In this document: piece by piece, positions 55,485 through 64,000 of the stretch
Position numbering within the stretch: position 1 is the first letter of the stretch
How the letters are laid out: each line of letters opens with the position of its first letter
Source of the DNA: a bacterium
Lineage (GTDB): Bacteria; Patescibacteriota; Minisyncoccia; JAUYLV01
Length of the DNA: 64,000 nt
Direction: 5' to 3'
Assembly (NCBI GenBank): GCA_030649025.1
Contig: JAUSGO010000022.1
Coordinates: 9,023 to 73,022 of the forward strand
Translations under genes and position numbers: made by a program
Notes under the pieces: generated by a model
Told to the model about the DNA's origin: nothing
Database searches by the model: none
What the model saw: the letters and a program-made list of their open reading frames with translations, nothing else

Positions 55485-58436
55485 CTATGCGGCTACTGCT
55501 TCCAGCGATTTGTCCGAAGGCATACTAAATAAATCTGGCCTTGCATCCCGCAATTGTTTAAGCGCGAGGTTCGCCGCCGTGAGGGTGGCGTAGTTTCTGA
55601 ATGGCGCGGAAGCATCTGCCGCGCCTCCGGTATTATGGTGAGCTTTTTCATGTATGTATACATCAGCAGCATGCTCCATGCCTGCAGCCAGAGTAGACCT
55701 GTGAAGATGGATTGAAAATCCATCGCTAAAACCAGCGGCAACGACCTGACCGGCCTTTTTTGCTTTATATACTCTGATCTCCGATGGCCGGTTATTGGGC
55801 AGGTAGACATCAATGGCAGTAAGTGTTTCTAAAAGTTCTTTTTCTTCTGTGCTTAATTCTTCGTTCGGAATATGTTCCACATCGGTCATTTCACGTAGTC
55901 GATCCATATAGGTTGGAAGGCCAACTGTCTCAAGCGCCGAACAAACCGCCGAGGGGAAAGTAACAAGTTCCAGTCCCACGTGTTGATTCTCATGCATTGC
56001 GTCAAAGTCTTGGGATCGGACATCGCGTATGGCGGTATTTTTTCCAAACATTTCTTGAAAAACACGTTTCCATGTCTCCCCATCTTTTGGCCAGAACTTT
56101 GTTTCGAATTCGAGTTTTTCCGCACCGCTCCAATTTTGACCTGCGGAATTTGCTTTGAATAAAAACTGTCTGATGGCATCCGGCGCGCTAAGTTCTGATA
56201 ACGCATTCCCGATGAGTGGTTCCAATTCATCTTTTGCAACCTGCCGACGATCCCGATTTTTTATCTCAAGGTTAGGGAAATGATAGCTGAAGAGTAAGCT
56301 ATGCTGGCCTGGTATAAGAATCTGCTTGACATAGAGCATTCCTCCGTCGAGAGATAATATATCTCCCACAGATGTCCTTTGTACCGGCTGGAGTCGTTCA
56401 AAAGAAAGTATCTTTGTATCTATGTTACGGAACTCTTGAACAAGTTTTTGCGTTGGGTTTTCGAAAGTTGTAGAGCTCGACTGATACCGTTGCTCTGTAT
56501 CATCGTCGGGCAATTTACCCTTTACGCCATGCGTTATCCGGTACACCACTCGGTCTACGCGTTTATCGCCAATTTCCTGTTGCTGGACTTCTGGTTTGGC
56601 AACCCATTGCTGGGAACGAAGCACCATCTCGTTGCCGCTTCGGAGTGCCGCGGCAGACACCATTTTAAGTCCTTCACCGAATTTTCCTGCACTTTCTGAT
56701 CCTCCCTTGGTTGATTGTAATACACCGAGCCAGCGGTAGTCGTAGCCCCGTCCGTCATCGTATATCTTCAGGGCCGCTATCTGATCGCTAGCATAATCTT
56801 TAAATTCGTCATGGGAGTGCCATTTATTATCTCTTGTTTTAAAGCGGAGACCGAACATCGTTCCTCCCGAATCTCTTGGAAGGTGATTCTGCGCAGCGTC
56901 AAGTAACATGCGCTCCTCGTTCCATAATTCTTTTCCGTATTCAAGCGTCAAAGAGGTCGGCAGTATCTCCTCATATGAATCGGGTGTAGACTCCTTGTCG
57001 CTCTTAACGCCGGCTACAAGAAGCGCGTTTTTTAGTGCGTATGGGAAATTTATCCTTTTTAGGGGCTTATTCTTGAAAATCTCCGGAATTTCGTAATCAG
57101 TCTCAATAACCGCATCTTCACCAAATGCTTCATGGAAAGCAGTTTTCCATGCTTCCGGGTATTGTGGCTTGAGATGGTATAAGGAGCACTCCAGCGCATT
57201 CGGATTGAGCTGGCTTTTCTTAAGGAGGGTTTTAATAATGTTCTTGCGTGAAAGTTCCGACAAAACCGTTGCTATTTTTCTATCAAGGTTATCTGTGATG
57301 ATGGCATCCCGATCGCGATTTGTTTCTGCGTCATCAAAGTTATAGGAGAGCAGGGAGTCCTCGGTTGTCACCTGAATGCCTTTTACAAAAAATCCGCCTG
57401 GTTCCGTATCCACAATCTGCCCTGTCGTACCGATAAATGCCGGCCGATAATTTTCCCGAAGAGCGAGGACCTTTTTCTCCATGCCCAGAACCTCGCGCAC
57501 AAAAGGTTTCGTAGGATGTCGAAAGGTCGTTCGGGAACCGACCATGGGCTTTCCATCAAGATATTGGACGCCGAAGGAAAGCTGCTCTACCGGCTGTTGT
57601 TTTTGATGCCGCGTATCGTGGAAAGTAACCGGCTTGGCCATTGGTTTTGCGAGCCAATTCTGGGATTCATACTCCAAGTTGAGTCCCTCCCGAAGCGCTG
57701 CTGCCGCTACCATTTTCATTCCTTCGCCAAATTGCCCACGCGATTCTTGTTCGCCAGATTTTGTTGAATAGAGTAATGCAAGGCTCTTTGCATCAAAGCC
57801 CACACCATCGTCCACGAAACGCACGGCTTCAATTTTCTCCGGTTCAGCCCTAGCTTCTACCAAAGAAACCCACTCGCCATCTATCTGGCATTGCACCCAC
57901 ACGCGCTCACCCTTGGAATCGGTTGGCAAGTGGTTTTGTACGCCATCAAGACAGACTCTCTCAACTCCCCAATGCTTTTTCTCATAATCAAGCGTGAGAG
58001 AAGTATCGAGCGTTTCTTCACGCTCGATTTTTTCAGGCCTTTTTTGATTCAGAATTTCGTCATCAGCAAATTCCGGTGCATGTTCTACGACACGATCAAT
58101 ATGCCGCAGTTGCCGTAATGTGGCGACAGCTTTTTCTGCCAAAAGATAAGAACGGCTAGAGACGCCGTACTGCGGTATAGACTCTCTCCTTCTTCTAAAA
58201 GGCGGGATTGAGCGAAGCGTTGTTTCGAGATACGACTTCCACCTTTCCAGAGCAGTTTCCTCTTTCTCGCGATGTTCGGGTGCGTAACGATCGGTAAGTT
58301 GCAGTACGCGAGTTAAGCGCAAACGGTCCCGATCGTCAAGGTTGCCATGCTCAAGAAATTCCAGCATTTCAGTTCGTGATGACTCAAGCGTTTTTTGAGC
58401 TTCAAAAAATTGAGCTTCTGTGCGTGAATTTTCCAT
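55485..58436 (-). CDS. Large protein with two tandem Hsp90/MORC-type GHKL ATPase modules and a C-terminal HExxH motif
   Basis: Module 1: LDGVQNHLP (N-box-like), VRFVDDGVGFD (G1) and TKSGEQESRGQFGEGMKMVAAAALR (G2). Module 2 repeats this with LDAAQNHLP, IYDDGRGYD and TKGGSESAGKFGEGLKMVSAAALR. YIHEKAHH lies near the C-terminus. A terminator lies upstream, so it is probably monocistronic. Confidence 0.5.
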   Translation of the reverse strand: MENSRTEAQFFEAQKTLESSRTEMLEFLEHGNLDDRDRLRLTRVLQLTDRYAPEHREKEETALERWKSYLETTLRSIPPFRRRRESIPQYGVSSRSYLLAEKAVATLRQLRHIDRVVEHAPEFADDEILNQKRPEKIEREETLDTSLTLDYEKKHWGVERVCLDGVQNHLPTDSKGERVWVQCQIDGEWVSLVEARAEPEKIEAVRFVDDGVGFDAKSLALLYSTKSGEQESRGQFGEGMKMVAAAALREGLNLEYESQNWLAKPMAKPVTFHDTRHQKQQPVEQLSFGVQYLDGKPMVGSRTTFRHPTKPFVREVLGMEKKVLALRENYRPAFIGTTGQIVDTEPGGFFVKGIQVTTEDSLLSYNFDDAETNRDRDAIITDNLDRKIATVLSELSRKNIIKTLLKKSQLNPNALECSLYHLKPQYPEAWKTAFHEAFGEDAVIETDYEIPEIFKNKPLKRINFPYALKNALLVAGVKSDKESTPDSYEEILPTSLTLEYGKELWNEERMLLDAAQNHLPRDSGGTMFGLRFKTRDNKWHSHDEFKDYASDQIAALKIYDDGRGYDYRWLGVLQSTKGGSESAGKFGEGLKMVSAAALRSGNEMVLRSQQWVAKPEVQQQEIGDKRVDRVVYRITHGVKGKLPDDDTEQRYQSSSTTFENPTQKLVQEFRNIDTKILSFERLQPVQRTSVGDILSLDGGMLYVKQILIPGQHSLLFSYHFPNLEIKNRDRRQVAKDELEPLIGNALSELSAPDAIRQFLFKANSAGQNWSGAEKLEFETKFWPKDGETWKRVFQEMFGKNTAIRDVRSQDFDAMHENQHVGLELVTFPSAVCSALETVGLPTYMDRLREMTDVEHIPNEELSTEEKELLETLTAIDVYLPNNRPSEIRVYKAKKAGQVVAAGFSDGFSIHLHRSTLAAGMEHAADVYIHEKAHHNTGGAADASAPFRNYATLTAANLALKQLRDARPDLFSMPSDKSLEAVAA

Positions 58437-58508
58437 ACAGTTATAGTATAGCAGAAATTCAATAATATTTCCAGCGGCGATTCAAAGGTAGTGGCCCCTT
58501 TGTCGGAT

Positions 58509-58543
58509 CAAAAACCAAAAACAGTCTCCAAGAGGCTGTTTTT
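58509..58543 (-). terminator. Intrinsic terminator after the NDT-like gene (minus strand)
   Basis: Minus-strand reading: AACAGCCTC-ttgg-GAGACTGTT-tttggttttt. Confidence 0.5.
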
Positions 58544-58592
58544 CATCGTGCGCGCGGAGAAGACGCCGGAAAAATCATAGGGCACCGATGAT

Positions 58593-59054
58593 TTATGCGC
58601 GGACAAGTGACACGATGTGGTCTATCGCAGTGGCAAGGTCCGAATACTGCGGAATGCCGTACCGCTCGCAGACGATGTCGACATTGCCCTTCCGCCAAAA
58701 GCCGTCGGGACAGACGACCATCAGTTTGCCGCTTTGCGCATAGAGCCCCATTTCCAAAAGCGAAATGGGAGATTTGGTATTCGGGTCAAAATACATGACA
58801 ATATGATCGCTTTTTGCAAGAGCATCAAGTTCCCACTCGACTTGCGCGCGAAAAGCAGGATTGTCTTTTCGCTGTTCCCAGGTTGCGTCCCAACCATCCC
58901 GCCGCGGGTTCAGCAGAACCACCATTTCATCCGTAAGTTTTTGCACGACCATAGCCTGCCAATGTTCCGCAGTATCCATTTCAATGCTTCCTGCAAGAAA
59001 AATCTTGGGGTCGGTGGTTTCCGGTATCTGCTGTAGTGGTTTTATTTCAAGCAT
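58593..59054 (-). CDS. Nucleoside 2-deoxyribosyltransferase-like (DNPH1/Rcl-like) protein
   Basis: KIFLAGSIE (compare YFCGSIRG) and SPISLLEMGLYAQSGKLMVVC (compare the catalytic-Glu motif S.G.GYELG.A...K.I). Confidence 0.45.
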   Translation of the reverse strand: MLEIKPLQQIPETTDPKIFLAGSIEMDTAEHWQAMVVQKLTDEMVVLLNPRRDGWDATWEQRKDNPAFRAQVEWELDALAKSDHIVMYFDPNTKSPISLLEMGLYAQSGKLMVVCPDGFWRKGNVDIVCERYGIPQYSDLATAIDHIVSLVRA

Positions 59055-59169
59055 AGTACCTATGAAGCCCGATTGTAAGCTTTCTTTAAGCCCCCAATAA
59101 ATTTCTTAATTTTAATTACTTTTAAGTTTCCGTCTATGCTGCGGGAACCATTTTGAGAGAAATAATCGC

Positions 59170-60066
59170 TCATCTTAAGAGATTATGAGGAAAATTACCG
59201 AATCTTCTTTTGATGAACATCGGTACGGAGTGAAAGAAATGGATCCATGCCCTGAGATAGTGCTTTTTAACATAGATATTCTCGTTGCGCATGACCAGGA
59301 GACCGAATATCGCCAGGATTGTTTCTCGATAACGATCATGGTTATTTGTGCGCAGAGTTTCCCGCCATAGCGTTATAACCCTTTCGTTTTCAGGAATATC
59401 GAGAATGGTTTCTACGGAAAAAAGAGACTTCGTTCCCAGTACGCTGAATATTTCATGTGCATCCGGGTTGCCGATGGTGAGGTACTTGCCTTTGTAGGTG
59501 CAAAATATTCTTGGAAAAGGATCGTTCCCCGTTCGATCCTCTATAAAAAACGGAAGGTTAATGCGGCGCTCATCCAATTCTTTCTTTAAGCGCTTAATTT
59601 GTTTCTTCCCGTAATAATCGACGACGAAATGCTTGGGATGCGGGACAATGATTATCATCTCTCGCTTGTGCGAAATGTAATCCAGGAGCTCTCCTTCGGT
59701 AAGATTCGCGAAAATTTCTTTATTGGGCAGAATCCGATGATGAAGTTTTTCGATACTGGCCTTCAAGTCGTCATGATCTCCAAAAGTCAGCAATTCCCTT
59801 CTTGTCACCAGCTTCAATATGCCGTCGGCTAGCCCCTTTTTTATTTTCCACTGAATGCCCGGGACGACAAGTACCTTTTTTGTGGAAAAACTCATTGCCT
59901 GGTCTATCAATAACGGAACTACATTGTGGTCCGATATCCCCAAAATCGCATATTCATTTTCCTTTAATATTTTTTCTAAATATGCCACATACTCCTGAAC
60001 GGTAGTCGAGCTGTCATGAGATCTATCCGAGTGAACATGAAAAAGAAAAAAGAGACGCTGATTCAT
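59170..60066 (-). CDS. PHP-domain (polymerase/histidinol-phosphatase-like) metal-dependent phosphoesterase, in an AT-rich region
   Basis: An N-terminal FLFHVHSDRSHD (HxH...D, PHP motif I) and later His/Asp ligands (VPHPKHF, GNPDAHE). Confidence 0.5.
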   Translation of the reverse strand: MNQRLFFLFHVHSDRSHDSSTTVQEYVAYLEKILKENEYAILGISDHNVVPLLIDQAMSFSTKKVLVVPGIQWKIKKGLADGILKLVTRRELLTFGDHDDLKASIEKLHHRILPNKEIFANLTEGELLDYISHKREMIIIVPHPKHFVVDYYGKKQIKRLKKELDERRINLPFFIEDRTGNDPFPRIFCTYKGKYLTIGNPDAHEIFSVLGTKSLFSVETILDIPENERVITLWRETLRTNNHDRYRETILAIFGLLVMRNENIYVKKHYLRAWIHFFHSVPMFIKRRFGNFPHNLLR

Positions 60067-60209
60067 GAAATAATTCTATCATGGTCTCATAAATATGTTT
60101 ATGTTTGTCAACTGCGCTGACTCATGCGGGCGATTTAGGACGGTGCGGGAAAATTCTTGATGACCACAATGGATTTATTCAAAATAAAAAGTGCCGGTAT
60201 TGGTGGCAC

Positions 60210-60419
60210 TCACAGGCGTCCGTAGCGTCTGTAGATAGCATTTCGAGGGATACCGAAGAATGGGGTTGCGCCAGGCTTTAGTGTCACGGGGATCTCGTTT
60301 CGAATAACCCCGAACGTGTGTCCTTCGAATTTGTAGACCACAGTTCCGGCCCGAAGGTCTTTCTTTAAGCCGGATTCTTCTTTGGCGACTTTACGCAAAA
60401 GAACTAGTTTTTCCGCCAC
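60210..60419 (-). CDS. Hypothetical small protein (GTG start with GAGGAG RBS)
   Basis: 69-aa ORF lying downstream of a consensus minus-strand promoter at 60623..60651. Confidence 0.3.
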   Translation of the reverse strand: MAEKLVLLRKVAKEESGLKKDLRAGTVVYKFEGHTFGVIRNEIPVTLKPGATPFFGIPRNAIYRRYGRL

Positions 60420-60582
60420 GGGATTTCTCCTCTCGATGAATTTTTTAGGATTTCAATTTTATTTTTAGAATAGCAGACATTGTAAGTCCCGTAAAGCTCC
60501 CTGTAGATATTTTTTTCGAGCAGGGGAATGGAATAGAACAAAATGGGAACCTTTTTAACGCCCTTTCTCTAAAAAGTTTTTA

Positions 60583-60622
60583 CCCCGTCCAGCGCTAGCA
60601 GCCGGACGGGGTTTTTGTTTTT
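60583..60622. terminator. Bidirectional terminator-like hairpin
   Basis: aaaaagttttta-CCCCGTCCAGC-gctagca-GCCGGACGGGG-tttttgttttt. Confidence 0.55.
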
Positions 60623-60651
60623 ATTATACTCCTCCTTCTAAAATTTGTCAA
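60623..60651 (-). promoter_or_regulatory. Consensus sigma70 promoter on the minus strand (TTGACA-17-TATAAT)
   Basis: The reverse complement reads TTGACA-aattttagaaggaggag-TATAAT. The transcript would begin in the adjacent hairpin. Confidence 0.55.
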
Positions 60652-60702
60652 GGTCTTAAGGTGCCGGATTTAAACTCGAATATAAATTATAGATTGCCAT
60701 AT

Positions 60703-61482
60703 TTAGAGCATGGATGCGGGTGTTCGCGTAAAGCGCCAGGGCAAAAAGATTTCTAGGCCGACAAGAATCAGGAACGATCCGAGCGCGCCCCAAAAACCCG
60801 CATATCGCATAGTATGTGCAAGACCGTTGCCCTTCTTGAGGATTTCAATATCGGTAACATAGACGACTTCACAGGCGCCATTGCCGGTGTCGGTGCGCGT
60901 AGTGCTGGTGTTTCTTGTGTAGAGCGTCTGGCCGCCTTTCATCTGTACGCGATAGTCTGCCAGGTACCCTTGCACGCGAACCTGGTCCCCGATGATTACG
61001 TTTCGTATGCGGTGGGCGACGTTCTCATCGGCAGGAATAAGATGGTTATTGGACCCCGAAAGACCGCTAAATGGAGGGGAGAAATCCTGTTCCCAGCGCC
61101 CAAAACAAGTAAACTCTCCGCTCGAGAACTTCACTTTTTTGTACGCCCCGCTTTTGATATTATCACCCCATACGACGCAAATATCTTTCATATTCCCCGG
61201 ATCGTTCTTATGCGTAAAATCAAAAATATTGTCGGCATCGTACAGCGATACTACCAATCCATAGAGCTCATAGCTGTAGTGCGGCATGAGCGTGTAGGCA
61301 TATCCTTTGATATCAATCTTGTTCGGCTCCACGACAACCGCCTCCTGTTTTGGCTCGTTCTCAAGCACCGCCGGAAGAATCTCGGCAGTACTGGGAAGGG
61401 CGGGTTTATAAAAGAAAGAGCCTGCGTAAGCAAGGAGCGAGATGTAAAGCATGCCTTTAAATGCCCGCGTGAGAAATTTCAT
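60703..61482 (-). CDS. Hypothetical exported protein (N-terminal signal/TM, C-terminal TM)
   Basis: 259-aa ORF. It overlaps the upstream gene by 4 nt. Confidence 0.4.
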   Translation of the reverse strand: MKFLTRAFKGMLYISLLAYAGSFFYKPALPSTAEILPAVLENEPKQEAVVVEPNKIDIKGYAYTLMPHYSYELYGLVVSLYDADNIFDFTHKNDPGNMKDICVVWGDNIKSGAYKKVKFSSGEFTCFGRWEQDFSPPFSGLSGSNNHLIPADENVAHRIRNVIIGDQVRVQGYLADYRVQMKGGQTLYTRNTSTTRTDTGNGACEVVYVTDIEILKKGNGLAHTMRYAGFWGALGSFLILVGLEIFLPWRFTRTPASML

Positions 61483-62060
61483 TTAGAGATTTGTTGTGAA
61501 CTGCGCAGCGTCCGGATCGCAATTGCACCGTCTATAAGATACACCACCAACAACCCATTCACGGCCAGGTTCCCTCCGGACAGCATCTCTGGTGTCGTGA
61601 GAAACACATATATCTTATTTCCGACAAGATACGCAATGAGCGCAATGGCGCTTGCAAGGTTCCGCCTGTATATGCCGTAGGCAAGCGCAAGAATAATAAA
61701 CGCATCAACGGCCGCATAGGATTCGATATATCCCGTCACAACAGCTCCGAGCATGACAAGCCCGGCAAGCACCGCGGCAATGAATGCATTTCTGACTTTC
61801 TTCTCAAGCTTTCTCTGATTCACCTGGTCTAGGGCAGATGTGTCGCTTTCCCCGCCCGTCAACGTCGGCGCGCGGCTTGCAAGGCGTACCCCGAAATCTG
61901 CATGCTCTTGGGTGAGTTGAGGCGAAAGCGGGCTCGGTGCTGAAAATGTCGCCGGGGGCTCTGGTGCCAAAGTCTGAAGAAAAGGGTCTACCATCTTGCC
62001 GCAACTCCAACATTCCTCGCCCGCCCGCTTGATAACTACTCCGCAGTTGTTGCAATTCAT
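61479..62060 (-). CDS. Hypothetical membrane protein with an N-terminal zinc-ribbon (CxxC...CxxC)
   Basis: MNCNNCGVVIKRAGEECWSCG, then 3 TM helices. Confidence 0.4.
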   Translation of the reverse strand: MNCNNCGVVIKRAGEECWSCGKMVDPFLQTLAPEPPATFSAPSPLSPQLTQEHADFGVRLASRAPTLTGGESDTSALDQVNQRKLEKKVRNAFIAAVLAGLVMLGAVVTGYIESYAAVDAFIILALAYGIYRRNLASAIALIAYLVGNKIYVFLTTPEMLSGGNLAVNGLLVVYLIDGAIAIRTLRSSQQISK

Positions 62061-62146
62061 ATTTGTTTAGGCCCCACTATTTAATATTTATGATATCAAT
62101 ACTCCTCGAACGCACTCACCTATCACAAGTTGGCTTCCACGGACGG

Positions 62147-63655
62147 CTATTCGAGCGGGATTCCTGTCAGGTATGAATCTCTGTCGAAGCTATTAATCTC
62201 GTATACGGCGTCCCAATCATACCCAAGCCTCACAAAAGCTTCTGCCGTTTTAATCCATCGCTTTTCTCCAATATCTCCGCTTGGATACAGCCTGTACACC
62301 TTGGGGTCTTGCGCAACCGTTGCCCGTACAAGATCGGAGATTGCAAATGTATCCACCGCTGTCCGTGTCACCGTGATGACATTTTCCCAACGAAGATGCC
62401 CGTAACTATTAAATACTTTTGGGCTCAAGATAAGACGTTTGAATTGTTTGCCATTTTTATACTTCACGATATATACGTCTATATCCCCGGCCGCTCGTAT
62501 CAATGCACCTTCCGTAATAGCGGGAGAACTGCTTGTCCAAAGGGGGTGGGCCGCAATAAATGCCCGCGTTGCGCTCCCGTAGTGTCCGTCCGGCGGAGAG
62601 ATGCCCGCCGCCACCTGAAATTCCACGAGAGCCGCTTTCGTTATCACGCCAAAATAACCGGTCGCACCCGCGTCGGCAAGGCGCAAGGCGGCAACACCCG
62701 AATCAGCTTGTATCAAATATTTCTGGAGCGCCACGACCGCGGCGCCCGATGAGCCAATATCCAAATCGCTTATAGGAAGAGAGCCTCCCACACTTCCCGT
62801 CGTCGGTATGAACGCGAGAGCGTCCATAATAAGCAGGGGCAACGTAATATTGCCGGCGATGGCGCTGATAAATACGCCACGGAAGTTCGTCACAAGAAAC
62901 CGCGACAGTGCAATACTGTCGGAAGTTTGCGCGAGAATTACGGAGAGATACCCTATTTTTTCTTGAAGCGAGAATTCTCCCGTCAGGCGCGGGAACGGGT
63001 CCACCGGCGTGCCGGAGCTGTTGTGTATCTCAAAGTGGAGATGCGCCGGTCCGCCCGAAGCGTTGCCGGTATTGCCTACATAGCCGATAAGAGACCCTTG
63101 AGCGAGTACCAGTCCGGAAACCACGCCCTCCCCGATGCGATCGAGATGATAATAAACAAATGTCTCGCCTCCGGGATTTGCCGTGTACACCGCGATTCCC
63201 TCGCTTGCGCCCGCATTCGTGCTTGTGTGCGTAACGACGGCATTGGTCGGCGAAATAATGGGCGTACCCTTAACGGCCATGATGTCTTCGCCTTCGTGCG
63301 TGCGTGCGCCGCCGTCACGCGGGTCACCAAAGTTCGGCTCGATGTCTTGGACCCCCACGCCAAAAAGTACCGGCATCATCACAACGGTACTGGCCGTGTC
63401 GCCTAACGCGCTGATTTTTTGCTGTAAACCGCCCGACTGCTCCCGATATTCCCGTATTCTTCGCTGGCGATCGCCTAAGGGCTCGCTTGAACCATCATAC
63501 TGCAACCATGTTTTTGAAGTGGTCGCGGTATAGCTTGATGAACGTCTTGTCCGTGCCGCCGTCACTGCAGGCAGCACCGCAAACGCGAACAACAGGATCA
63601 CAACCGCATAACACGCGGCATGCTTCAGAAATTTTCCATTGAGAGGGACCCTCAT
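62147..63655 (-). CDS. Peptidase M23 (LytM-type) with a peptidoglycan-binding domain
   Basis: HEGEDIMAVKGTPIISPTNAVV...GNTGNASGGPAHLHFEIH (M23 HxxxD / HxH motifs). GAAVVALQKYLIQ...YFGVITKAALVEFQ (PG_binding_1-like). An N-terminal signal anchor. Confidence 0.7.
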   Translation of the reverse strand: MRVPLNGKFLKHAACYAVVILLFAFAVLPAVTAARTRRSSSYTATTSKTWLQYDGSSEPLGDRQRRIREYREQSGGLQQKISALGDTASTVVMMPVLFGVGVQDIEPNFGDPRDGGARTHEGEDIMAVKGTPIISPTNAVVTHTSTNAGASEGIAVYTANPGGETFVYYHLDRIGEGVVSGLVLAQGSLIGYVGNTGNASGGPAHLHFEIHNSSGTPVDPFPRLTGEFSLQEKIGYLSVILAQTSDSIALSRFLVTNFRGVFISAIAGNITLPLLIMDALAFIPTTGSVGGSLPISDLDIGSSGAAVVALQKYLIQADSGVAALRLADAGATGYFGVITKAALVEFQVAAGISPPDGHYGSATRAFIAAHPLWTSSSPAITEGALIRAAGDIDVYIVKYKNGKQFKRLILSPKVFNSYGHLRWENVITVTRTAVDTFAISDLVRATVAQDPKVYRLYPSGDIGEKRWIKTAEAFVRLGYDWDAVYEINSFDRDSYLTGIPLE

Positions 63656-64000
63656 ACAACTCAATTGTAGCACAGTAATGCAACTGACATAAGATGTTAT
63701 CACTTCTTGGCGCTTTTCACATAAGCGGGAGATTCTACTTTTTCCATTATATTGCGCGATTACAAAAATAGCGTTATATCTCTCAACAAAACACCCACCT
63801 ACATATATAAACCCAATTTTGCCGCAGTTGGCCAGAATGGTTTTCAGCGATATGTGATTTTAGGATTTACAGATAAAAATCTTTATGTGTTAGAAAGTCT
63901 TTTTTTATGGGAATGCGACCTATGTGTTTGGTGAGCGCTGGGAAGAACTCTCTAAGAAGACAAAAGCCGAAATTTTAAATGAGGGATCTCATCAGGAAAG

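Noticed and set aside
1-64000. Search for rRNA, tRNA, tmRNA, RNase P RNA, SRP RNA and CRISPR arrays
   Set aside because: I found no conserved signatures (GGTTCGAATCC T-loops with paired stems, RNase P GGAAAGTCCGGGCTC, or the tmRNA tag / 3' CCA module), and no regularly spaced direct repeats.
63919-64000. Short AT-rich coding-like frame at the window edge (..ERWEELSKKTKAEILNEGSHQE)
   Set aside because: It is too short and is truncated by the window end, so it cannot be called.

Overview
This window is a gene-dense bacterial chromosomal segment at roughly 50% GC, with genes on both strands. I found no rRNA, tRNA or CRISPR array. Compact genes, ArnT/PMT-like glycosyltransferases, a PEGA protein and repeat-filled short spacers suggest a Patescibacteria/CPR-like organism, but that is only an inference.

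The housekeeping core is an infA-rpmJ-rpsM-rpsK-rpsD-rpoA-rplQ-rplM-rpsI cluster at 6705..11554. Also present are ftsA (5'-truncated), murA, mreB, holB, frr, obgE, corA, msrB, an ABC-F ATPase, and a cell-envelope glycosylation set: two GT4, two GT39/83-like, GtrA, a PAP2 phosphatase, and M15 and M23 peptidases.

The most interesting feature is a self-contained four-gene operon on the minus strand (6438..3236). It encodes, in order: a multi-pass membrane protein with a coiled coil and a C-terminal UBC/E2-like domain; a JAB/JAMM metalloprotease with a perfect HxHx7Sx2D motif; a minimal ThiF/MoeB-type E1 adenylyltransferase; and a ThiS/MoaD-type beta-grasp Ubl ending ...GG-R. The operon has its own sigma70-like promoter and SD, and a bidirectional terminator. 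This looks like a membrane-anchored ubiquitin-like conjugation system.

Other notable items:
- A 983-aa protein with two tandem Hsp90/MORC-type GHKL ATPase modules and a C-terminal HExxH motif.
- A 1161-aa PEP-synthase / rifampicin-phosphotransferase-like protein with a duplicated phospho-His swivel module, nearly identical at the DNA level.
- Two families of ~120-130 bp hairpin / inverted-repeat intergenic elements (2 and 3 copies), each abutting the start codon of the downstream gene.
- Heptanucleotide tandem repeats inside a GT4 gene.
- Several AT-rich islets.
- Several textbook TTGACA-N17-TATAAT promoters and intrinsic terminators.
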